Shown one piece after another: positions 26,247-39,584 of a stretch of DNA of 64,000 bases. Every line of letters starts with the position of its first letter. Positions within the stretch are counted from its first letter, which is position 1. The translations under genes and the position numbers were made by a program. The stretch is from Candidatus Levyibacteriota bacterium (GTDB lineage Bacteria; Patescibacteriota; Microgenomatia; Levybacterales; UBA12049), in contig DAIDHK010000003.1 in assembly GCA_027459725.1 (NCBI GenBank), forward strand, positions 931-64,930, read 5' to 3'. A model generated the notes under the pieces. It was not told the DNA's origin. It ran no database searches and saw only the letters and a program-made list of their open reading frames with translations.

Positions 26247-26897
26247 ATGGCTGCCCAAAAAATTCACTCATCAACTCAAAAATTTACAGAGATAGTCGAT
26301 ATCGTTGACAATATCGTTGTACTCGAGGGAGGATATGCTTGCGTAGTAATCGAGCTAACGGCTACTAATTTTGCTTTACTCTCCCGGCAGGAACAAGATG
26401 CAAAAATCTATGCCTATGCTGGTCTGCTTAACTCTTTAAATTTCCCCATTCAAGTATTAGTCCGAAATAAAAGAGTAGATATCACATCCTATCTCAATCA
26501 GTTAGATGACGCTGAAAAAAGAACTGCTAATAATCAATTGAAAGAGCAAATTGAACAATATAAAAGTTTTGTTAATGAGATGGTGACTGTGAATGTGGTG
26601 TTAAACAAGCAATTCTACATCGTTATATCTTATTCTTCTTTAGAAGGTGGTATCGGTGCTATAGCTCCGGGTAAAGGCAGTCAGAAAGATGCGTTTGTTG
26701 CAGCCGCTAGTAAAACCTTATTAACCAAAGCCGAATCTATTCACGGCCAACTTAATCAATTAGCAAGTACAGCCAGACTTTTGGACCGAGAAGAACTTAT
26801 AAAATTATTCTATGATATTTATAACAATGATCTTGTCGAACCCAACCAAATAGTAACAGACATTACGACACCGATAATTCGTTCGGCAAGTAAATAA
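26247..26897 (+). CDS. hypothetical cytoplasmic protein, 216 aa. Weak resemblance to the N-terminal domain of VirB4/TrbE-family ATPases.
   Basis: 'IVDNIVVLEGGYACVVIELTATNFALLSRQEQDAKIYAYAGLLNSLNFPIQVLVRNKRVD' parallels the start of Agrobacterium-type VirB4 ('IVLLEDGS..A.I.GV.FELEE.E....R..AFNTLLRNI....VSIYAHLVR'). This is a pattern-level resemblance only. Confidence 0.4.
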   Translation: MAAQKIHSSTQKFTEIVDIVDNIVVLEGGYACVVIELTATNFALLSRQEQDAKIYAYAGLLNSLNFPIQVLVRNKRVDITSYLNQLDDAEKRTANNQLKEQIEQYKSFVNEMVTVNVVLNKQFYIVISYSSLEGGIGAIAPGKGSQKDAFVAAASKTLLTKAESIHGQLNQLASTARLLDREELIKLFYDIYNNDLVEPNQIVTDITTPIIRSASK

Positions 26898-26940
26898 AAA
26901 GTGTCTGTAAACAACTTTAATATTATTACACTAATTAATT

Positions 26941-29091
26941 ATGGCTTTATTTGGTAAAAAGAAAAATCAAACTAATCAAACACCAGCAGCAGCTGCTCAA
27001 GCAGCTGGTAATAGAGCCGTGCAGCAGTTGCAAAAAGGTATGGTGTCTTTGGTAGACATTATAGCCCCTTCTTCGATCGAAGTTGATTTTAAATACATTC
27101 GAATTGGTGAAACCTACTACACCACTCTATTTGTGGTTGGGTATCCCCGTTTCGTATCGACCAACTGGTTACAGCCGTTGGTAGACTTTGACCATACACT
27201 GGATATTTCGATGTTTGCCTATCCGACTTCGGGAGCCGATGTACTAGGAGACTTGAAGCGTAAGATTGCTGAAATGGAAGCCACTATTTCTTCTGATATT
27301 GAAAGAGGTAAACCAGCTGATCCAACCGTACAAGCGGCACTGGAAGATGCATTGGCTTTACAAGAAGAATTAGCGAAAGGTATTGAAAGATTTTTTCAGT
27401 TTAGTTTTTATATCACCATTTCAGCAGAGAGCCTACAAGATCTCCAGGATACAGAGAAAAGATTAAAAACCACTCTAGCCTCAGTATTACTCAGTGCCAA
27501 ATCGGCAACTTTGCAGATGGAAGACGGCTTCAAAACCACTCTACCAATTGCCCAAGATCGCCTAGCTATAACTCGCAACATGGACACCACCTCTCTGGCC
27601 TCAACGTTTCCTTTCACATCGGCCGTATTAACTCAAAATAATGGTGTTTTATATGGACTAAACCGTCAAAATGGCTCTTTAATTATTTTTGACCGTTTTT
27701 CCCTAGAAAATGCCAACGAAGTAGTACTAGGAAAATCTGGATCAGGAAAATCCTATACCATTAAACTGGAGATCATGCGCCAATTTATGCTTGGCGCGGA
27801 AGTTATTGTTATTGACCCTGAAGGAGAATACGAAACATTAACACAGGCCATGGGAGGAGAAGTAGTCAGCTTTTCTGCCAATGACCCAATCAAGATTAAT
27901 CCTTTTGATCTATCAGAATTATATGAGGAAGGAGAGAATGAGTTGGGCTTAAAAATTCTTTCCTTACATGGTCTGCTAAAAATTATCATGGGTAATATTG
28001 ACGCCGAACACGAAGCGATTCTGGATAAAGCCCTGGTGGAAACTTATCGGCAAAAAGGCATCACACCCGATCCCTCCACTCAAAAAAAAGACCCACCTTT
28101 AATGGAGGACCTATACAAGGTTTTACTTGGCTACGAAAATGCTGCAGCACGTGAACTCGCCTATCGGTTAGAAAAGTTTATCAAAGGCTCAGCAGCGGGT
28201 ATTTTTAATCAAAAATCCAATTTCGACCTAAAGAATCCTTTAACTGTTTTTAATATACAACAGCTAGAAGAAGATCTTCGACCGATTGCAATGCACATCA
28301 TCTTAGATTTTGTTTGGACAAAAGTGAAAAAGACCTTGAAAAAACGAGTATTAGTACTTGATGAAGCTTGGTATATGATGAAATATCAGGATTCTGCTTC
28401 GTTTGTCTACTCAATAGCTAAGCGTGCAAGAAAGTATTATTTGGGTATGACTACTGCCACTCAGGATGTAGAGGATTTTCTTTCCACCGATTATGGAAAA
28501 GCAGTTTTAACCAACTCATCTATCCAAATTTTACTTAAACAAGGCACTGCTGAGGTTGATATGGTGTCAGATACGTTTTACCTAACTGAGGGGGAGAAAG
28601 AACTGCTTGTCTCAGCCGATATAGGGGAAGGGTTGTTTTTTGCCGGTCAAAATCATGTGGCCATCAAAATCATCGCAGCTCCTTACGAGAACGACATGAT
28701 TACATCCAATCCGGCAGAACTTCTTAAACAACAGGAATCAGTAACAGAACATCCAATAATAGAAGAAACACCAGTCGCACAACCCGAAACGACAAGTAGT
28801 AGCTATGCAAAAAAGACAGATGATTTAATAGGTTCACTAGACGCACGTGCGAAACAAATATCTAATCAGTTTGCGCAACAAGCCTCTAGTCCTTTTAGCC
28901 CGGCTACTCCTACTCCTACTCCTACTCCTACTCCTACTCCTACTCCTACTCCACCAACCCCTACACAAGCAGTACAGCAACCTACTGTAACAAACACTTT
29001 ACAGTCTAACAATAACCAGTCTTTCCAACCGCCAATTCCAACGGCAATTCCTCCTCAAGCAGTACCAACTGAGCCGTCAAAACCATTTTAA
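26941..29091 (+). CDS. VirB4/TraC/PrgJ-family type IV secretion ATPase (716 aa) with a C-terminal Pro-Thr repeat tail
   Basis: Walker A 'VLGKSGSGKSY' and Walker B 'VLVLDEAWYMM'. An N-terminal 'IRIGETYYTTLFVVGYPRFVSTNWLQPL' VirB4 N-domain pattern. A C-terminal '(TP)n' low-complexity tail. Confidence 0.85.
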   Translation: MALFGKKKNQTNQTPAAAAQAAGNRAVQQLQKGMVSLVDIIAPSSIEVDFKYIRIGETYYTTLFVVGYPRFVSTNWLQPLVDFDHTLDISMFAYPTSGADVLGDLKRKIAEMEATISSDIERGKPADPTVQAALEDALALQEELAKGIERFFQFSFYITISAESLQDLQDTEKRLKTTLASVLLSAKSATLQMEDGFKTTLPIAQDRLAITRNMDTTSLASTFPFTSAVLTQNNGVLYGLNRQNGSLIIFDRFSLENANEVVLGKSGSGKSYTIKLEIMRQFMLGAEVIVIDPEGEYETLTQAMGGEVVSFSANDPIKINPFDLSELYEEGENELGLKILSLHGLLKIIMGNIDAEHEAILDKALVETYRQKGITPDPSTQKKDPPLMEDLYKVLLGYENAAARELAYRLEKFIKGSAAGIFNQKSNFDLKNPLTVFNIQQLEEDLRPIAMHIILDFVWTKVKKTLKKRVLVLDEAWYMMKYQDSASFVYSIAKRARKYYLGMTTATQDVEDFLSTDYGKAVLTNSSIQILLKQGTAEVDMVSDTFYLTEGEKELLVSADIGEGLFFAGQNHVAIKIIAAPYENDMITSNPAELLKQQESVTEHPIIEETPVAQPETTSSSYAKKTDDLIGSLDARAKQISNQFAQQASSPFSPATPTPTPTPTPTPTPTPPTPTQAVQQPTVTNTLQSNNNQSFQPPIPTAIPPQAVPTEPSKPF
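28906..28953 (+). repeat. hexanucleotide microsatellite (ACTCCT)x8, in frame inside the VirB4 C-terminus (encodes (TP)8)
   Basis: Seen directly in the sequence. The same ACTCCT unit occurs x3 at 25818..25835 in the PrgI-like gene. Confidence 0.8.
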
Positions 29092-29130
29092 ATGATTAAC
29101 AGTCCATGGCCTGTATAGTATACTCATATT

Positions 29131-32568
<3,438 letters not shown>

Positions 32569-32616
32569 GAATTAGTAATTGTAATGATATTTCTAAGCTA
32601 ATATAATAAATTTATA

Positions 32617-33762
32617 ATGCGAGATTTAAATAAACTATATATATTCTATGGAGCCATGTCCGTAGGTATACTGACCGTAATTGTACTAACTGTGTTTTAC
32701 CTATTTAACAATACTAATCATATAAATATCAATAAGCTAAACCTACCCGCCCCAAACCAAATCTCTAACACCCCAATTCAAATAAATAATAACGCCACTA
32801 ATTATACTCGCGCTCAAATTCAAGCAAATCCCGACCTACTTAATGGAATGACCGCATTTTCTGACCATTATTACCAAAATAATATATATTATTTGTCTGA
32901 CGGCAGAAACAGATTTTATGAATATTCTATAGACGATAAAGGTGTAACCCCATATTCAGATCCATTAGCAGCAACTATCCAGGGAGTATTCTGGTCACCG
33001 AACGCGCGATCTGCAGTTATTCAAATCTTAAACAATAAATATCAGCTTAATCGCGTGTCTAGCCCCTTTTTATCTCTTCGAGACGCGGATGATACACTTA
33101 CAAATTGGTATTATAATTTTGCTTCTAAAACATACTTCCAGCTTCCCACCAATGCTATAGATTTCTCTTTCTCTGACGCTAACAAGCTTGCTTTTATAAC
33201 TAAAGACTCCAGTACTCTAAGTTCCCTCAATGTACTACAAAATTCTCAATCGGCAAATTCTGCACAGAAAATTCTCTCTTTTAAGTCCTCACAGGATACT
33301 TTATCCTTTCTCGACGAAGACCATATTTTATTAACAGACTCTACAGGGAATAATCCTGGCATATTCATAATAGATTTAAAGACAAAAAGTTCAACGTTGC
33401 TTGCTAATACAAATCAGTTATACGGAATAAGAATGTCTCCTAATAAGCAGCAATTTTTGGGTCTTTTAAAGACCTCAGATGGATATACTTCTTTAGTAAT
33501 TTATAATTTAAACTCAAAACTTATCGAAGATTTACAAATACAATGCCCATTAGAAGATACAGCTTGGGAACAAAACAATGCCAGCATTGTCGTTTTAAAG
33601 AATAATTCCTTGGAAAAAATAACTCTAAATCCATTAACTACTATGTCCGTTGCTCTACCATCAGATCTGGTGTCGACCAATATATTAGCTAATAGTCTTT
33701 TGGCTATAAGTAACAATGTCTTTTTCATTAATGAAAATTTATTCTATCGCGTTACATTTTAA
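32617..33762 (+). CDS. N-terminally anchored extracytoplasmic protein of unknown function (381 aa). Candidate VirB8/TcpC-like scaffold, which is speculative.
   Basis: Single TM 'YGAMSVGILTVIVLTVFYLF', then an Asn/Ser-rich domain. The position between the VirB1-like and CHAP genes is the basis for the role guess. Confidence 0.45.
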   Translation: MRDLNKLYIFYGAMSVGILTVIVLTVFYLFNNTNHININKLNLPAPNQISNTPIQINNNATNYTRAQIQANPDLLNGMTAFSDHYYQNNIYYLSDGRNRFYEYSIDDKGVTPYSDPLAATIQGVFWSPNARSAVIQILNNKYQLNRVSSPFLSLRDADDTLTNWYYNFASKTYFQLPTNAIDFSFSDANKLAFITKDSSTLSSLNVLQNSQSANSAQKILSFKSSQDTLSFLDEDHILLTDSTGNNPGIFIIDLKTKSSTLLANTNQLYGIRMSPNKQQFLGLLKTSDGYTSLVIYNLNSKLIEDLQIQCPLEDTAWEQNNASIVVLKNNSLEKITLNPLTTMSVALPSDLVSTNILANSLLAISNNVFFINENLFYRVTF

Positions 33763-33765
33763 TTT

Positions 33766-34626
33766 TTGAAGTATACAAATATGCGTCTTCTTCTTTTTTT
33801 TATTCTTGCTGCTTTGACATTTACTCTTTATACCTACCCAGTTCTTGCACAGGACGCCACAAGCAATTGTGTGATAACAGATATTGGAAATAGCAACTCT
33901 AGTTCTATTCCGGCTAACTGCCAGAATACAGGCAATCAAAGTTCTTCTGGGAATGGTCAAGTTGGACCATCTGTAAATACCGGAAATGCAATAGTTGATT
34001 TAGCCGGGGATCTAATAAATGCAGCCCAAGTTGATTGTCATGCAAATACTGGAGCGGAATTTTCTGCCACTGCGAGCGAACAAACAGATAAATCTGGAGT
34101 TATAAGAGATGACAATCCATCATGTCTTAACACCGATGTGACTGCTATTCTTTCTTCAAAAGGATTAGGTCAGAATGCTGCCTCAACAATTAATCAAATA
34201 GCATTTTCAATAACACAAGGGGCAAACGAAACAGACATTTTGGGCCAAGTACATAAATATTTTCAATGTGTTGGTTTTGCCCAGACTGTCCTACAAGCAC
34301 TTTATACCAATGTAACATCAGGTATTACAGTAGGCAGTACCCACTTCCCTCCTGGATTCAGCGACATCGGAGTTTCGTATGTTAATGGGCAAGCAAGTCC
34401 AATGCCCCAACCGGGAGATATTGCTGAATTAGATAATTTTGGCCATGTTGCAATTGTTAGCTCTGTACGCAATAATGGAGATGGAACATATTATTTCACA
34501 GTCATGGAGGCAAATTATTGTTTTTACGGATGGTTGAATAATAATGAAACTACTTCTTGTAGAACAGTAGGAAAATATATTCCGAGTGATGCTCCTGGAA
34601 TTGAAGCATGGGTAAGAAAAGAATAA
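33766..34626 (+). CDS. secreted CHAP-domain peptidoglycan hydrolase (286 aa)
   Basis: Signal peptide 'MRLLLFFILAALTFTLYTYPVLAQD'. CHAP Cys/His motifs 'HKYFQCVGFAQTV' ... 'GDIAELDNFGHVAIVSSV' ... 'TVMEANY'. Confidence 0.55.
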   Translation: MKYTNMRLLLFFILAALTFTLYTYPVLAQDATSNCVITDIGNSNSSSIPANCQNTGNQSSSGNGQVGPSVNTGNAIVDLAGDLINAAQVDCHANTGAEFSATASEQTDKSGVIRDDNPSCLNTDVTAILSSKGLGQNAASTINQIAFSITQGANETDILGQVHKYFQCVGFAQTVLQALYTNVTSGITVGSTHFPPGFSDIGVSYVNGQASPMPQPGDIAELDNFGHVAIVSSVRNNGDGTYYFTVMEANYCFYGWLNNNETTSCRTVGKYIPSDAPGIEAWVRKE

Positions 34627-34627
34627 T

Positions 34628-35338
34628 ATGAGTAATAACCATAAATTAATCTTTCTTTATTTAGGAATGGGATTATTTGTTTTTGTTTTAATCTTATTTT
34701 TGTTCTTCAGCTTTAATAAAGGAATTTCTACTCATTCAAATCAACAAATAACACCAACTATAATTAACCTCCAAAGCGGTATAAAAGTTCTTCAAACTTC
34801 TCCTTCTAACAAAGCAACTGATGTTTCTATCAACACTTCTAGCTTAGAAATTACTTTCAATAATCCAGTTTCAATTCAACAAAACGACATTTCTATACTC
34901 CCCACTACAGAGTTCTCATATCATATTCAGGGCAACGAGCTATTTATTATTCCTACAAACAGTCTTATTTCTAGTAGCCATTATGCTGTAACTGTTAAAT
35001 ACTCGGGCGCTAATGGCGTAGCCCAGTACGAAACATTTACTTTTACTACTACTGGACCTACCCCCACACCTCTGCCATCTTCAAATGATAATTACAGCCA
35101 ACAGTTAGGCAATTTTATTCAAACACACCATCCTGAACTAGTGTTGGTCAACAATTTGCCATATCAAAATGAAAATTTTTCAGCTATATATATAGATCAA
35201 CAAAATCAACCTTTTAAATTTGTTGTTAGTTCAAAAAATGGAAATCTGAATTCTGCCAAACAAGCATTTATTTCATGGGCTGAATCATTAGGAATTACAC
35301 CTTCGCAACTTAACTCTTTGGATATAACCTATCAGTAA
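34628..35338 (+). CDS. N-terminally anchored extracytoplasmic protein, 236 aa. Unknown, with an Ig-like beta domain.
   Basis: TM 'LIFLYLGMGLFVFVLILFLFFSF'. Its stop codon abuts the dnaN stop on the opposite strand. Confidence 0.45.
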   Translation: MSNNHKLIFLYLGMGLFVFVLILFLFFSFNKGISTHSNQQITPTIINLQSGIKVLQTSPSNKATDVSINTSSLEITFNNPVSIQQNDISILPTTEFSYHIQGNELFIIPTNSLISSSHYAVTVKYSGANGVAQYETFTFTTTGPTPTPLPSSNDNYSQQLGNFIQTHHPELVLVNNLPYQNENFSAIYIDQQNQPFKFVVSSKNGNLNSAKQAFISWAESLGITPSQLNSLDITYQ

Positions 35339-36445
35339 TTACTCTTGCACTTTAATCGGCATGATCAAATGTAGATAAGAGGCATCTTCAGCAGTTTTAA
35401 ATACCCCGGGATTTAGGGGCCCTGTCATTTCAAAATTAATATTTTCAGACGGCAAGTTACTTAGTGCATCAAGCAGATAGCGTGAATTAAATGCAATCTC
35501 ATTTTCTTCACCTTTAATTTTGCTATCTACTTCTACTATATTCTCCCCTGCTGAAACTATAATCTTATCTTTTTGCAAAGAAAACTTAATCACATTAGCA
35601 ATATCGCGGGCAAAAATCGAGCATATCCGAACAGCTTTCAACATTTCTTCTCTGTCAAATGAAGCAGTTACGGAGAAGTCAACCGGAATAATTTTTTCAT
35701 AATTTGGAAATTCAGCTTCAATTAGACGGCTAATAAGAATTATTGAACCTTGTTCAAAAATGATTTGATTACTATTAATAGACACATAAAGCTCAATTTT
35801 TTCTGTCTCCTCTTTCATGGCTAAAGCTTCTTTGAAAGCCCTGGCCGGTACGATCATACTCGACTTTCCTTCCAGTAGGTTAACCTTATCGTCTTTCCCT
35901 GCGGTAAAGTGTTTAAGAGATAAACGATAGCCATCAGTAGCGACGAGTAAAAATCCATTTTCCTCCTGTTCTACATAAACTCCAGATAAAGATGGACGGG
36001 CGATATCAATACTTGCAGAGAAAACCACGGCATTTAGTTCTTTTTTCATTTCTTCCGCATTTATGCTGGCCAACAGTACTCCTCTTTCTTCAAACAAGCG
36101 GGGAAACTCATTGGCAGACATGGTGGCAAAAATGCTTTTGGTTTTATTGGTCTTTACAACACAATTACTTCCGTCAGACTCAATAGTTAGACTATCTGCT
36201 GATAGAGAATTTACCAACTCGGAGAAGGTGCGAGCTGGAACAGTTATTTTTCCCGGTTGTTTTACTTCTGCTGATAATTCTACTTGAATTCCTATTTCCA
36301 GATCTGTACTACTTAAGTTTAATTTACTCTCTTTCGCTTCAAGCAAGAGGTTTAAAAGTATTGGAAGCTGTTGCTTATTAGAAACTGCGTGGTTGATAAA
36401 TCCAAGTTTATTTTTTAACTCTTCTGCCTTAAGTGTTACTTGCAT
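35339..36445 (-). CDS. dnaN: DNA polymerase III beta sliding clamp
   Basis: 368 aa with a three-domain beta-clamp pattern. Located immediately downstream of dnaA. Confidence 0.85.
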   Translation of the reverse strand: MQVTLKAEELKNKLGFINHAVSNKQQLPILLNLLLEAKESKLNLSSTDLEIGIQVELSAEVKQPGKITVPARTFSELVNSLSADSLTIESDGSNCVVKTNKTKSIFATMSANEFPRLFEERGVLLASINAEEMKKELNAVVFSASIDIARPSLSGVYVEQEENGFLLVATDGYRLSLKHFTAGKDDKVNLLEGKSSMIVPARAFKEALAMKEETEKIELYVSINSNQIIFEQGSIILISRLIEAEFPNYEKIIPVDFSVTASFDREEMLKAVRICSIFARDIANVIKFSLQKDKIIVSAGENIVEVDSKIKGEENEIAFNSRYLLDALSNLPSENINFEMTGPLNPGVFKTAEDASYLHLIMPIKVQE

Positions 36446-36687
36446 AATATATTTAATTGTAGTTGTAGTAGTGTATCGGGAAATGTGGAAAAATGCAAGA
36501 GCATAATGCCCTATAAAACGACGATAATTATAAAAACGAAGCTGTTATTCAGCTTATAATTATATCTTCGTCATGTAATAATAAAATATTGGTGGTTGTC
36601 AATTCGTGACTAAAAGAATGTGGAAAAGATGTTGATAAAATTGGGGAAAACCTGTTGATAAAGTGTAAAGTGAGTTATACACTTTTT
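36446..36687. promoter_or_regulatory. dnaA-dnaN intergenic DnaA-box cluster (oriC-like). Four co-oriented 9-mers within 180 bp.
   Basis: TGTGGAAAA at 36484..36492 and 36619..36627. TGTTGATAA at 36630..36638 and 36653..36661. Each is 1 mismatch from TGTGGATAA, the complement of TTATCCACA. The context is AT-rich. Confidence 0.5.
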
Positions 36688-38109
36688 TTACACTCTAAGT
36701 AACTGTTTTATCCCCGAGATATCCTGAGAGATATGCACATTTCCTTCAAGCTGACCTTCAATCTTTTCCACACCGTGCATAACAGTCGTATGGTCTCTAC
36801 CTCCTAATATGTTGCCAATTTCGACAAGGGTTAATTTAAGTTCTGCTTTAAGCATATACATCGTTATCTGACGAGCTCTCACTAAAGAGGCATCTCTCTT
36901 GGGTCCTTTGAGTTGAGTGGGTTTAATGCTGTAAAAATTACATACTTCTTTAATGATGTCATCTGCATGGAGGCTTCCCCGCTTCTCTTCGGTCTCTTTT
37001 CCAAGTGCCTTTAGAGCAACTTCTGATGTGATTTCACTTTGCTGAAGTGATGTTGCTAAAGTAATCGCTCGCAGAAGAAGACCTTCTAGTGATCGGGTAT
37101 CCTGGGCTCCGTTTGCTAACAACTTTGCTACTTCAATGGATAATTCCCAGCCGTATTTTTCTGCTTTCTTTAAAAGGATGGCTGTTTTAAGTTCAAAATC
37201 AGGAGCTTCTATATCAACGGTTAATCCGCCCGCAAAGCGAGAAGATAATCTTTTTTCCAACTTTTTTATCTCCTGTGGAGGGCGATCGGATGACAAAACA
37301 ATCTGAGAACCCTGGTCAATGAGAATATTAAATGTATGAAACAATTCTTCTTGGACGCGGTCCTTGCCTTCAATAAATTGAATGTCGTCAATTAATAACA
37401 GGGCTGCAGTGCGAAAGCGTTTCTTCATGCGCGAAGTGTCGTTGTTTTTGATAGCCTCAACCACTTCATTTGTAAACTCCTCACTGGTGAGGTAAATAGT
37501 CTTTTGTTCGGGATTTTGCATATATATATGGTTTGCAATGGCATGCAACAAATGGGTTTTCCCTACCCCAACCGGTCCATAGATAAAAAATGGATTGTAG
37601 GATTGCCCTGGGTTTTGAGCTACGTTTTGAGAGGAAACAAAAGCTAATTGATTGGTGGATGAAACGGCGAATGTAGCAAAGTTATATTCTTTGCGGACCC
37701 TGGGAAGATGTCCAATCATTGAAGGTTGAGAAGGTTTAATCTCGGTTTTAAGTATAGGGGTAGTCTTTCTGTCTTTTTCAGATAAGCCATTCAGTTCTGT
37801 AGCAAAAAGAGGTCCAGTTTTTTCTTTAATAGGTGATTTATTCAATGCCTGGACTATAAATAAGAGTTCATTGTTTTCTTTAGTTTGTTCATCCAGTGAT
37901 GCTTTTAACTCTTTATAAAAGCGTTTGTATAATAGGTCTCCCACTACGGTAGAAGGGGTGGCGATGGTGGCAATATTATCTTCTAGGCTAAGTAAACCGG
38001 TATTAGCAAAAAGGGTAAAGAAATTGGCAGTTGAAACTTTCTTTTTTAGCTCTTTAAGCACGTGCTGCCAGATTGTATCAAGTCGATCATTCATACTGTT
38101 AATAAACAA
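36688..38109 (-). CDS. dnaA: chromosomal replication initiator DnaA
   Basis: Walker A 'GPVGVGKTHLLHAIANHI', sensor/box VII, and the C-terminal DNA-binding signature '...GGRDHTTVMHGVEKIEG'. Confidence 0.9.
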   Translation of the reverse strand: MFINSMNDRLDTIWQHVLKELKKKVSTANFFTLFANTGLLSLEDNIATIATPSTVVGDLLYKRFYKELKASLDEQTKENNELLFIVQALNKSPIKEKTGPLFATELNGLSEKDRKTTPILKTEIKPSQPSMIGHLPRVRKEYNFATFAVSSTNQLAFVSSQNVAQNPGQSYNPFFIYGPVGVGKTHLLHAIANHIYMQNPEQKTIYLTSEEFTNEVVEAIKNNDTSRMKKRFRTAALLLIDDIQFIEGKDRVQEELFHTFNILIDQGSQIVLSSDRPPQEIKKLEKRLSSRFAGGLTVDIEAPDFELKTAILLKKAEKYGWELSIEVAKLLANGAQDTRSLEGLLLRAITLATSLQQSEITSEVALKALGKETEEKRGSLHADDIIKEVCNFYSIKPTQLKGPKRDASLVRARQITMYMLKAELKLTLVEIGNILGGRDHTTVMHGVEKIEGQLEGNVHISQDISGIKQLLRV

Positions 38110-38283
38110 GCAAGGAGTTTTTGTGTATAACTCAAAAACTAAACTTCTACTTGGACATTAGAAGAAGCGGAATTTTGTTTGTATAATGTAGTGTACTGCA
38201 TGTGGATAACTGTCGCAAGAGAAAAAAAGACGAATATGGAGGACTTATATATAGCGTTATTAAGAATCTGTGACAATAAGTGT
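38110..38283. promoter_or_regulatory. dnaA upstream region with a consensus DnaA box (TGTGGATAA at 38201..38209) and a near-consensus box (TGTGTATAA at 38122..38130)
   Basis: Exact complement of TTATCCACA seen in the sequence. Confidence 0.45.
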
Positions 38284-38300
38284 CTTGACCGCGACTAATA
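38284..38300. repeat. 17-bp direct repeat CTTGACCGCGACTAATA flanking the IS (left copy)
   Basis: Identical to 39585..39601. Confidence 0.8.
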
Positions 38301-39584
38301 TGTAAGTAATACTCTGAATTGACGCAAAATTGTAAGTCTCAATTGACGCATTGTTTCCCGCCATAAGATTTCCAAATAAATGGAAAAGGTACATACTCTG
38401 GGGTAGGAGAAGTTACTCACGTAGTCGAGTTTTCCAAAAGACTTCTCCGTTGGCTTCAAAGCAGACTTTGTTCCCTTTAATCTTTACCCAGATACGGCAC
38501 CCAATATAGCCTGGGGGGACAAAGTAGTGTTTACCATAAAGAGAGATCGTTGACTCTCTGGTAACCTTACGTCTTTCCTCAACCGTTAGTAATGTTTGCA
38601 GTTCTAACTGGGTTAATCTTCTTTCAGAAGTATGATAACGGGAAGCATGGGTAATATTACTAAAATACCTACTCTTGTAGACATAATTGTATCTGGCAAG
38701 CCAGATCTCCCATTGCCCGTTTACCTCCTCAAGAGTTTTTGCCTTAATTACTTCCGGAACAAAATCTGTTTGGACAAATTTCCAAAACCGCTCAATCTTT
38801 CCCTTAGTTTCTGCATGGGTTGCCCAGTGAAGCTTAATACCCACTTGTGTGGCATACCACTGGTAATCAGCAGTTCCGAGTCTGGTTCTAGCTTTGTATT
38901 GAGACCCTTCGTCCTGCAGCATTGCATCAGGAAGACCGCACTTGCTTAAAGACTCATACCAGATTTGAAACACATTCATTTTCCCTTGAGTCCTGTACCA
39001 TTTGCCGGCAGGAACAAACCGGGAATGGTCATCAAGTGTTGCGATAAGGTACAAAATACCAATGTTGGGGAAATTGATTTTCCCTTGAATGTCTGTCTGC
39101 CATAATTGATTAGGATACTCTGCTTCAAATCGGATAATTGCTTTGACTCGCTTGTTGTTCTCCCGAGTTAGTCCCTCACTTCTTAAGATATTACCAACAG
39201 CAATTTCTGATACCGACAAATCAAGTTTATCCCGAATATTTCTGGCCGATCGCCATCTGTCCTGTTTCTTTAAACTGATAACCTTTTCCTTTTGGTGTGA
39301 AGTCAGTTTGTAGTGATTGCTGTGGCGATGATCTATAAGGCCTGCTTTGCCGCTTGCTACAAATGCTTTTCTGTATCGTTCAATTGTACTTCTACTACAT
39401 ACCAGAAGTGTCATTGCCTGCTGGATACTAACCTCTCCTTGCAGAAGGTTTTGGATGACGCTTTGTCGCTCTTCTATAGGTTTTTTCATTTGCTCACCTC
39501 CTTTTAGAGATGAGCTTAAATTGATTTGTCGATTCCTTCAACTGAGAATTACAAACGATACATCAACTGAGAGTTTGCTTTACA
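38301..39584 (-). mobile_element. IS481-family-like insertion sequence (1284 bp) with imperfect terminal inverted repeats (TGTAAGTAATACTCTGAATTGA... / ...TCAACTGAGAGTTTGCTTTACA)
   Basis: Single transposase ORF, terminal TGTAA/TTACA ends (about 17 of 24 positions match), flanked by a 17-bp direct repeat. Confidence 0.7.
38413..39489 (-). CDS. DDE transposase, IS481-family-like (N-terminal HTH plus rve integrase core), 358 aa
   Basis: HTH 'SIQQAMTLLVCSRSTIERYRKAF'. DDE core 'WQTDIQG', 'IATLDDHSRF', 'LQDEGSQYKA'. Confidence 0.8.
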   Translation of the reverse strand: MKKPIEERQSVIQNLLQGEVSIQQAMTLLVCSRSTIERYRKAFVASGKAGLIDHRHSNHYKLTSHQKEKVISLKKQDRWRSARNIRDKLDLSVSEIAVGNILRSEGLTRENNKRVKAIIRFEAEYPNQLWQTDIQGKINFPNIGILYLIATLDDHSRFVPAGKWYRTQGKMNVFQIWYESLSKCGLPDAMLQDEGSQYKARTRLGTADYQWYATQVGIKLHWATHAETKGKIERFWKFVQTDFVPEVIKAKTLEEVNGQWEIWLARYNYVYKSRYFSNITHASRYHTSERRLTQLELQTLLTVEERRKVTRESTISLYGKHYFVPPGYIGCRIWVKIKGNKVCFEANGEVFWKTRLRE

